From Oscillospiraceae bacterium (GTDB taxonomy: Bacteria; Bacillota; Clostridia; Oscillospirales; UBA929): a stretch of 64,000 nt of DNA. Every line of letters begins with the position of its first letter. Position 1 is the first letter of the stretch. The stretch lies in contig JAIRWH010000068.1 in assembly GCA_031253545.1 (NCBI GenBank), forward strand, positions 16,165-80,164. The letters run 5' to 3'. The position numbers and the translations under genes are program-made. The notes under the pieces were generated by a model. The model was given only the letters and a program-made list of their open reading frames with translations. It had not been told where the DNA came from and did not search any database. Below are positions 56,958 to 64,000 of this stretch, one piece after another.

Positions 56958-58241
56958 ATGAAAAAGCGTATACCCGCCCTACTGCTCGCGCTCACGCTCT
57001 GCTTCACCCTGTTCGGCTGCGCCTCGCCCTCCGGCAGCGACGCGCCGAGCGGCTCCTCGCCGGGCACAAGCCCCGGCGGCTCGTCTCCGAGCGATTCCAC
57101 TCCGGCGGAGGTCAAGGACGTGCACCTGCGCGTGTGGGGCGCGGAAGAGGACCAGGTCATGCTAAAGAGCATGCTCGACGCTTTCGCCGACGCGAACAAA
57201 GCGCAAATCAACTTCACCTACGACCTCGGAGTGCAGGGTGAGGGCGGCACGAAAGACACCGTTCTCGTGGACATCGAGGCCGCCGCCGACGTGTACGCCT
57301 TCGCCCACGACCAAATCGGCGAGCTGTATAAGGCCGGCGCTTTGCAGGAAGTGCTCGACAATGTCGCCGACATCAAGAGCCGCAATGTGTCCAGCTCTGT
57401 GGAGGCCGCCACTGTGGACGGCAAGCTCATGGCGTATCCCATGACCGCCGACAACGGCTACTTTATGTTCTATAACTCGTCCTACTTCACCGAAGACGAT
57501 GTGAAGTCGTTCGACGGCATGCTGGCAAAGGCCGAGGCGGCGGGCAAGAAAATCTCAATGGAGCTTACCTCCGGCTGGTACAACTACGCGTTCTTCAAGG
57601 CCGGCGGCCTCAACGCGAGCCTCAACGACGACGGCGTGACCAATGACTGCGACTGGAACGGCCCCGGCGGCACCGACGTGTTGCAGGCCATGCTCGACTT
57701 AGCCAAGCACCCGGCGTTCGTGTCGCTCGGCTCAGACGAGTTTAAGGCCGGCGTAATAGACGGCTCGGTTATTGCGGGCGTGAGCGGCACATGGAACGCG
57801 GGCGCCGTGGCGGAGGCGTGGGGCGAGAGCTACGCCGCGTCTAAGCTGCCCACCGTGGCCATCGCCGGGGAGCAAAAGCAACTCGGCTCTTTCTCCGGCT
57901 ATAAGCTCATCGGCGTGAACGCTTTCTGCCAAGAGACGGGCTGGGCCATGAGGCTCGCGGATTACCTTACCAACTACGATAACTCACTCAGGCGCTTCAA
58001 CGAGCGTCAGCAAGGCCCGTCCAACACCCTGGCGGCCGCCTCCGACGCCGTGAAGAGCGACCCGGCGCAGCTTGCCATCGCCACGCAGATGCAATTCGCC
58101 ACCCCGCAGATTATCGGGGGCAATTACTGGAGCCCCGCCCAGACGCTGGGTGAGATAATCGTGCAGGGCAACCCCTCCGGCACCCCCTTGCAGACCCTCT
58201 TAGACAACGCCGTGGCGGGTATCACCGCTCCCGTGGGCTGA
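56958..58241 (+). CDS. sugar ABC transporter substrate-binding lipoprotein (family 1; maltodextrin/galacto-oligosaccharide type)
   Basis: Lipobox LFGCAS, Ser/Pro/Gly linker, 427 aa. Context with MalF/MalG-type permeases and a GH53 galactanase suggests GanS/CycB-like function. Confidence 0.75.
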   Translation: MKKRIPALLLALTLCFTLFGCASPSGSDAPSGSSPGTSPGGSSPSDSTPAEVKDVHLRVWGAEEDQVMLKSMLDAFADANKAQINFTYDLGVQGEGGTKDTVLVDIEAAADVYAFAHDQIGELYKAGALQEVLDNVADIKSRNVSSSVEAATVDGKLMAYPMTADNGYFMFYNSSYFTEDDVKSFDGMLAKAEAAGKKISMELTSGWYNYAFFKAGGLNASLNDDGVTNDCDWNGPGGTDVLQAMLDLAKHPAFVSLGSDEFKAGVIDGSVIAGVSGTWNAGAVAEAWGESYAASKLPTVAIAGEQKQLGSFSGYKLIGVNAFCQETGWAMRLADYLTNYDNSLRRFNERQQGPSNTLAAASDAVKSDPAQLAIATQMQFATPQIIGGNYWSPAQTLGEIIVQGNPSGTPLQTLLDNAVAGITAPVG

Positions 58242-58252
58242 CACGCGCCCTT

Positions 58253-58283
58253 GAAACTGCCGCCGTTTCCCGGCGGCAGTTTC
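58253..58283 (+). terminator. intra-operon hairpin/attenuator after the binding-protein gene
   Basis: 13-bp perfect stem gaaactgccgccg / cggcggcagtttc with a 5-nt loop, followed by TTTC only. Confidence 0.5.
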
Positions 58284-58289
58284 TTTCAC

Positions 58290-58400
58290 CTCGCCCCCGG
58301 CCCCGCCCGCCCGGTTTATGGCTGCCGCCCCCGCTCCCTTCGTCCCTTCGTCCACTAACAACTAACTACTAACCACTAACAACTAGCAACCAAACCAACC
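58290..58400. repeat. intergenic modular repeat copy inside the ABC operon (GC-rich module plus ACTAACN heptamer array)
   Basis: ccccgcccgcccggtttatggctgccgcccccgc resembles cccgcccgctcggtttatggctgcgcccccgc near 55770-55800. Array ccactaacaactaactactaaccactaacaactagcaacc at 58352-58391. Confidence 0.8.
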
Positions 58401-58417
58401 GGAAAGGAAGATGGAGT

Positions 58418-59875
58418 ATGACCGACAGCCCGGCGCGCGCGAGGGGCAACAACGTATTCCTCGCGCTGCTCGACTTTTTCAGGCAATTCGGCGCGGACTT
58501 CGCGCGCGGCGACATATTCGTCAAGCTCTCGCTGCTCGTAATGGGCGCGGGCTGTTTCCGGCGCGGGCAAATCATCAAGGGGTTGCTCATCACGCTGTTT
58601 CAGGCGGTAATCATCATCTTTACCATCTCCTTCGCGCTCCCTTACCTTGCCGACTTCTCCACATTGGGCACGGTGACCCGCGCTATGGTATATAACCCCG
58701 ATACCATGAAAAACGAGGTAAACGACTACGACCACTCGTTTAAGATACTGCTATACAGCGTGGTCTCGCTCATAGTGCTGTTTTGCGCCCTTGTCGTCTG
58801 GCTGCGTAACCTGCGCTCGGCGCGGGCGCTGGAAGTGACCGCGCGGCAGGGCAAACGTGTGCCCAGCTTCATCGAGGAGGTGAAGTCTTACCGCAACGAA
58901 CGTTTCCACATCACGCTGCTCTCGCTGCCCTGCCTCGGCGTGGTGGTGTTCACCGTGGTGCCGCTGATTATAATGATAGCCGTGGCGTTTACCAACTACG
59001 ACCAGCAGCATATGCCGCCGGGCGCGCTCTTCACGTGGGTGGGGCTCGCCAACTTCAAGGCCTTGTTTTCCAACAGTATCACGCTCTCTTTCGGCTACGC
59101 CTTCTTCAAGGTGCTGCGTTGGACGCTTATATGGGCGTTCGCCGCCACCTTCACCTGCTATATCGGCGGCATACTGCTCTCGATATTCATAAACAACGCC
59201 AAGACCAAGTGCAAGCAGCTTTGGCGTACGCTCTTCGTTATCTCCATCGCCGTGCCCCAGTTCGTCACGCTCTTGGTGGTGCGCAACTTCTTCCGCAACC
59301 AGGGCATTGTGAACACCTACATGAGCCAATGGGGCATAACGGCGTTTTTACAGAAAATAGGCTTAGTGTCCGAATCGCTCACGTTCATACCGTTCCTCAC
59401 CAACCCGGCGTGGGCAATGGTGATGATAATCCTCATCAATATCTGGATAGGCGTGCCGTATCTCATGCTCATTGCCACGGGCATACTGATGAATATACCC
59501 AAAGAGCTGTATGAGAGCGCGAGAATTGACGGCGCGAGCCCGTTTAAGACCTTTATCCACGTAACCATGCCGTATATGCTCTTTGTCACGGCTCCCTACT
59601 TAGTCACCTCCGTGGTGAGCAACATCAATAATTTCAACGTTATATTCCTCCTCACGCAGGACGTATACATCACCACCGACCAAAAGCTCGCCAACGCCAA
59701 CGCGAAAGAGATAGACCTCCTCGTCACATGGCTCTACCGCCTGACGCAGGAGTATTACAACTACAAGATGGCATCGGTCATAGGCATTATGGTGTTCGTG
59801 GTGTGCGCCGTGTTCACGCTCTTGGCGTTCAACATCGTGCTGAAACGGAATAAGGAGGATAAGTTCCAATTATGA
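58418..59875 (+). CDS. sugar ABC transporter permease, MalF/GanP type (long N-terminal extension)
   Basis: 485 aa, about 8 TM segments. EAA-type loop (ELYESARIDGASPFKTFIHVTMP). GGAAAGGAAG SD 7 nt before ATG 58418. Confidence 0.85.
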   Translation: MTDSPARARGNNVFLALLDFFRQFGADFARGDIFVKLSLLVMGAGCFRRGQIIKGLLITLFQAVIIIFTISFALPYLADFSTLGTVTRAMVYNPDTMKNEVNDYDHSFKILLYSVVSLIVLFCALVVWLRNLRSARALEVTARQGKRVPSFIEEVKSYRNERFHITLLSLPCLGVVVFTVVPLIIMIAVAFTNYDQQHMPPGALFTWVGLANFKALFSNSITLSFGYAFFKVLRWTLIWAFAATFTCYIGGILLSIFINNAKTKCKQLWRTLFVISIAVPQFVTLLVVRNFFRNQGIVNTYMSQWGITAFLQKIGLVSESLTFIPFLTNPAWAMVMIILINIWIGVPYLMLIATGILMNIPKELYESARIDGASPFKTFIHVTMPYMLFVTAPYLVTSVVSNINNFNVIFLLTQDVYITTDQKLANANAKEIDLLVTWLYRLTQEYYNYKMASVIGIMVFVVCAVFTLLAFNIVLKRNKEDKFQL

Positions 59876-60732
59876 AAAAACGGAATGTCACAAAGGCGCT
59901 GTCGCTCACCACGCGCCACTTGTTCCTCGCCGTGCTGTCTTTTATCTGGCTTATCCCCATATTCTGGCTTGTGGCCAACTCTTTCTCCGTGTATCCCGGC
60001 ATAAACATCCGCGCGTTTATACCGGAGGCGTGGACGTTGGAAAATTACAGGCTTTTGCTCTTTAACAGCGCGGACACCGTGGCGCGTTTCCCCATGTGGT
60101 TTAAGAATACGCTCGTCATCGCCGTGTTCTCGTGCGCCATATCCAGCGTGTTTGTGCTCATGGTCAGCTACGCCATGAGCCGTATGCGCTTTCGCGGGCG
60201 CAAGCTGCTCATGAATATCGGCGTGCTGCTGGGCCTATTCCCCGGCTTCCTCTCCATGATAGCCGTGTACTTTATCTTGAAGTCGCTCGGCCTGACCAAC
60301 AACCACTGGGGGCTTGTGATGGTCTATTCGGGCAGTTCCGGCCTCGGCTACCTCATCGCCAAAGGCTTCTTCGACACTATCAGCGAAACCCTGAGCGAAT
60401 CGGCGCGGATTGAGGGCGCCACGGAATCGCAGGTATTCCTGAAAATCATCATACCGCTCTCGCGCCCGATTATCGTGTACACGGTCATCGCCTCATTCCT
60501 CGCTCCGTGGATGGACTTCGTGTTTGCCCGCATTATACTCAATTCCGGTATGGCCGCGGACTGGACGGTGTCTATCGGCCTGTACAATATGTTAGAGCGC
60601 GAGCTGATTAACACCTACTTCGCGCGTTTCTGCGCCGGCGGCGTACTCATCTCCATACCTATTTCCGTGCTGTTTGTCATCATGCAGAAGTTCTACGTGG
60701 AGGGTATCACGGGAGGCTCGGTGAAAGGGTGA
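59872..60732 (+). CDS. sugar ABC transporter permease, MalG/GanQ type
   Basis: 286 aa with TLSESARIEGATESQVFLKIIIPLSRP EAA loop. ATGA overlap with the upstream permease. Confidence 0.85.
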   Translation: MKKRNVTKALSLTTRHLFLAVLSFIWLIPIFWLVANSFSVYPGINIRAFIPEAWTLENYRLLLFNSADTVARFPMWFKNTLVIAVFSCAISSVFVLMVSYAMSRMRFRGRKLLMNIGVLLGLFPGFLSMIAVYFILKSLGLTNNHWGLVMVYSGSSGLGYLIAKGFFDTISETLSESARIEGATESQVFLKIIIPLSRPIIVYTVIASFLAPWMDFVFARIILNSGMAADWTVSIGLYNMLERELINTYFARFCAGGVLISIPISVLFVIMQKFYVEGITGGSVKG

Positions 60733-62675
60733 AACGCCGGTTGCCGTGGCTGCTCGCGCCGTTGCTCATGCTTTCCGCCTGCCATACCGCCTCCGGGGGG
60801 CAATGGTGGTTGCGGGGCGGCCCGGTGAAAGGGGCGCTGTATGTGGACGCGGTGGAAGGGTTGGACGCGGGCTTCATAAAGGGCGCGGACGTGTCGAGTT
60901 TGCTCTCGTTAGAGGCAAGCGGCGTGAAGTTTTACGGCTTCGACGGCAAGGAGCGGGATATGTTGGCCACGCTCGCAGAGGCGGGGTTCAACTACATCCG
61001 CGTGAGGGTGTGGAACGACCCATATAACGCCCGGGGCGAAGGCTACGGCGGCGGCAACTGCGACACGGCCACGGCCGCCGCGCTTGGCAAGCGAGCCGCG
61101 GAGCGCGGCATGAAGCTGCTGGTGGATTTCCATTACTCCGACTTTTGGGCCGACCCGTCTAAGCAAAAAGCTCCCAAAGCGTGGCAGACAATGGCGTTTA
61201 CCGAAAAAGAACAGGCGCTGTATGACTACACCGCGGCCGCCCTTGATGAAATAATCGCCGCGGGCGCGGACGTGGGCATGGCGCAAATCGGCAACGAAAC
61301 CACCACCGGCTTCTGCGGCGAGGAAAGTTGGCCGCGCATATGCGCGCTCATGGCGCAAGGCGCGCGCGCCGTGAAAGACGTGGCCGCGCGGAGCGGCAGG
61401 GACATCGCCGCGGTTATCCACCTGACCAACCCCGAAAGCCGCAACTTCGCGCAGACGGCGCGGCTTTTGGAGGTAAACGGAGTGGATTACGACGTGTTTG
61501 CCACCTCATATTACCCGTTTTGGCATGGCTCACTCGAAAACTTGGCGCAAAAGCTCGGCGAAGTGGCGGAAACCTTCGGCAAAAAGGTGATGGTGGCGGA
61601 AACCGCCTACGCGTACAGCTACGAGGACTTCGACGGCCACGCAAACACCATTGGCGAAGGGGCGGCGTTTGAGAAGCCCTACCCGCTCACCGTGCAGGGG
61701 CAGGCGCGCGCCGTGAGCGACGTGGTGAGAACCGTGGCCTCTTTGGGCGAGGCGGGGCTGGGCGTGTTTTACTGGGAGCCGGGGTGGATACCCGTGCCCG
61801 GCGGCACCGCCGGAGAGCGCGCGGCGTTGTGGGAACGGTATGGCAGCGGGTGGGCGGCGTCCGCCTCCGCCGAATACGACCCCGACGATGCCGGCAAGTG
61901 GTACGGCGGCAGCGCCTGCGACAATCAAACCCTCTTTTCCGCCGACGGCCACCCCTTGGAATCGCTCAAGGTCTTCGGATACTGCCACACCGGAGCCACC
62001 ACGCAACGCCGCTTAGACGAAGTGGCAAACGCGTATATATCCGTGCGCCTGCGTAACCCCGTGACGCTGCCGGCCACCGTGACCGCCACATACAACGACG
62101 GCGCGGAGGAAGATGTGCCCGTGACATGGGAGGACGCGGACTTATCGGCCATCAGCCAAAGCCCCGTGGGCACCTACGCCGTGCGCGGCTCGGCGCGGGG
62201 CTTGCCCGTGACGTGTTTCATCGGCATGGAAGAGGAAAACTACTTGGAAAACCCCGGCTTCGAGGGCGAAGACCGCTCCATGTGGCATCTTGACAACATC
62301 GGCGGCACAGAGCAGCTGCGTTATCAGGAAAAGGCCATGGACGCGCGCGGCGGCAAATATTCGCTGCATTTTTGGGACAGTTCGCGCGTGGAGTTTACCG
62401 CCGAGCAGACCGTGACGGGGCTGCGGCCGGGCGTGTATTCCTTCTCAATCTTCCTGCAAGGCGGCGACGCGGTGAACGCGGAAATGTATATCTACGCCCG
62501 CGCCGACGGCGAGGAATACCGCGAATACACCGGCGTGGACGGCTGGGTCAACTGGCAAACGCCGAAAATCCCCGCCATTGTTACCGCAAGCGGGGAGATA
62601 ACCGTGGGCGTGTATGTCAAATGCGACGGCGGCTGGGGCACGATGGACGACTTCCGGCTCAGCCCCGTGGAATAG
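60729..62675 (+). CDS. ganB: arabinogalactan endo-beta-1,4-galactanase (GH53) lipoprotein with C-terminal Ig-like and carbohydrate-binding domains
   Basis: Lipobox LMLSAC. GADVSSLLSLEASGVKFY, NYIRVRVWNDP and LVDFHYSDFWADPSKQKAPKAW GH53 motifs. C-terminal YNDGAEEDVPVTW (Big_4-like) and a CBM-like segment. Confidence 0.85.
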   Translation: MKRRLPWLLAPLLMLSACHTASGGQWWLRGGPVKGALYVDAVEGLDAGFIKGADVSSLLSLEASGVKFYGFDGKERDMLATLAEAGFNYIRVRVWNDPYNARGEGYGGGNCDTATAAALGKRAAERGMKLLVDFHYSDFWADPSKQKAPKAWQTMAFTEKEQALYDYTAAALDEIIAAGADVGMAQIGNETTTGFCGEESWPRICALMAQGARAVKDVAARSGRDIAAVIHLTNPESRNFAQTARLLEVNGVDYDVFATSYYPFWHGSLENLAQKLGEVAETFGKKVMVAETAYAYSYEDFDGHANTIGEGAAFEKPYPLTVQGQARAVSDVVRTVASLGEAGLGVFYWEPGWIPVPGGTAGERAALWERYGSGWAASASAEYDPDDAGKWYGGSACDNQTLFSADGHPLESLKVFGYCHTGATTQRRLDEVANAYISVRLRNPVTLPATVTATYNDGAEEDVPVTWEDADLSAISQSPVGTYAVRGSARGLPVTCFIGMEEENYLENPGFEGEDRSMWHLDNIGGTEQLRYQEKAMDARGGKYSLHFWDSSRVEFTAEQTVTGLRPGVYSFSIFLQGGDAVNAEMYIYARADGEEYREYTGVDGWVNWQTPKIPAIVTASGEITVGVYVKCDGGWGTMDDFRLSPVE

Positions 62676-62684
62676 CCCCGCCGT

Positions 62685-64000
62685 TTAAGAGCGCGGCAGC
62701 ACCGCCGAGGCATACGGCGGCAGGTACAGCCTGCCGTCTTTGAGCGTGACGGCCTCGCCCGTGGGGCTCACGTAGCCGCCGAGCGAGTCGCCGAGCTCGC
62801 CGCACGGCACATCCGCGCCCGCGCCCGTGAGATTGTGCGCCACGCTCACGCTCCCGGCGTTATACGCGCACACGCCGCGCTCGCCGAGCGGCAACGCCGT
62901 TACTTCGCCGCCATACAGCGCCGGGTGCTTTGCTTTCAGCGCCAGCACGGCGCGGTAATAACCGAGCAGGCTGCCCGGGTCGGCAAGCTGCTCGTCTGCG
63001 GCCGCGGCGGGCAGGCGCGTGACGGTGGCGCCGGGCGGGTTGCTCGCCATGCCGGCGCTCTCGGTGGCCGACCAATACATGGCCGCGCGCTTGTTTTCGT
63101 CCGCGCCGGAGCCTGTCATGCCAATCTCCTCGCCGTAGTAGATAAACGGGCAGCCGGGGAGCAGCAGATAGATGGCGGCGGCGAGTTTGCGTTTATCGGG
63201 GTCAACTATGTAGCCCGCGCTGCGGCCCGTGTCGTGGTTGGATAAAAACACGCAGTCCACGCCGTTAGGGTTGCGAAGGCGGATTTCGTTGCCGTGGCGC
63301 TCAAAGGCGGCGGCAAGCCCCTCGCCGTTGCCGCTTTGCATATAGCGGTTGATAACGCCGTCGTGGCCGGAAAACGGGAAGTTGAAGAGCGCGATACCGC
63401 TCTCGTAATACGGCAACACTTCCGTTTCGTCGCTCCACACCTCGCCCACCAAGAAAACGTCCTCTTTGAGCTCGGCGCACATGGCGGCGAACCACGCCCA
63501 AAAGTCTATGTTCTTTTGCATATTGGCGTATACGTGCTTCACTGCGTCGAGGCGGAAACCCGCCACGCCCTTGCCTGTCCAAAACTCGGCGATACGCGCG
63601 ACTTCCGCGCGCACATTTTCGTTATCCATGTTCAGGTCGGGCATTTCGCTCCAAAACACCGCTTCGTAATAATGCCCGCCCGGCGCGGGGTAATAGCCCG
63701 GCGCGGGTTCGCGGGTGAAGTTATAATAATCGGCGAAGCGGCGCTCCGAACCGCTTCGCAGCTCATCGAGCGCCGCGAGGAACCAGGGGTGCCGGGAGGA
63801 GGTGTGGTTGAGCACAAGGTCAATGATTACGCGGATACCGCGCTTGTCACATTCGGCAATCAGGCGCTCGAAGTCCTCCATTGTGCCATAGGAAGGGTCT
63901 ATGGCGTAATAGTCGGTCACGTCGTATTTGTGGTAGGTGGGCGAGGGCATGACGGGCATGAGCCATATGCCGCCCACGCCTAAGCAGTCTTTGCCCTTCG
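62685..64000 (-). CDS. GH13 alpha-amylase family glycosidase, N-terminus beyond the right edge
   Basis: IWLMPVMPSPTYHKYDVTDYYAIDP, RVIIDLVLNHTS, GFRLDAVKH, VGEVW and FLSNHD conserved GH13 regions. The frame stays open to position 64000 (..KGKDCLGVGG). Confidence 0.85.
   Translation of the reverse strand, partial: KGKDCLGVGGIWLMPVMPSPTYHKYDVTDYYAIDPSYGTMEDFERLIAECDKRGIRVIIDLVLNHTSSRHPWFLAALDELRSGSERRFADYYNFTREPAPGYYPAPGGHYYEAVFWSEMPDLNMDNENVRAEVARIAEFWTGKGVAGFRLDAVKHVYANMQKNIDFWAWFAAMCAELKEDVFLVGEVWSDETEVLPYYESGIALFNFPFSGHDGVINRYMQSGNGEGLAAAFERHGNEIRLRNPNGVDCVFLSNHDTGRSAGYIVDPDKRKLAAAIYLLLPGCPFIYYGEEIGMTGSGADENKRAAMYWSATESAGMASNPPGATVTRLPAAAADEQLADPGSLLGYYRAVLALKAKHPALYGGEVTALPLGERGVCAYNAGSVSVAHNLTGAGADVPCGELGDSLGGYVSPTGEAVTLKDGRLYLPPYASAVLPRS

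Overview
High-GC chromosomal window of Firmicutes/Clostridia type. The taxon is inferred from gene content: sepF-divIVA, ytfI/ytfJ sporulation genes and scpAB. About 60 genes lie in tight, mostly housekeeping operons. Left to right: oppBCDF (reverse); a TPP-riboswitch-controlled thiT; serC-serA; yggS-sepF-divIVA; ylxM-ffh-rpsP-KH-rimM, then a gap with no trmD, then rplS-lepB-rbgA-rnhB-yraN; thrC; tig-clpP-clpX-lon-engB; lysA-scpA-scpB-ytfI-ytfJ-rluB-tgt; tRNA-Thr and tRNA-Trp; an ABC exporter plus YxeA; an argGHCJBDF cluster; ogt and dnaE (reverse); a small sugar-kinase/isomerase group; apbE-NusG_II-Gx transporter; a galactan-utilisation ABC/GH53 locus; and a truncated GH13 gene at the right edge. 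Most long reverse-frame ORFs in the track are high-GC artefacts. Three non-textbook observations stand out. (1) A previously unlisted 29-codon hydrophobic, lysine-tailed ORF has its own strong promoter, SD and a bidirectional terminator. It is convergent with a promoter-driven RNA of about 85 nt, which is the layout of a type I toxin-antitoxin module (56.06-56.35 kb). It sits in a 1.2 kb coding-free repeat hub. (2) A modular intergenic repeat family recurs at 9 or more loci. Its modules are (CCCG)n/GGGCTGCCGCCCCC, ACTAACC heptamer arrays with stops in all six frames, and a CACGTG-plus-hairpin module. (3) A 230-bp repeat insertion between argD and argF is flanked by a 65-bp imperfect duplication that appears to have resolved an ancestral gene overlap. 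All calls come from reading the sequence and translations. No database search was run.
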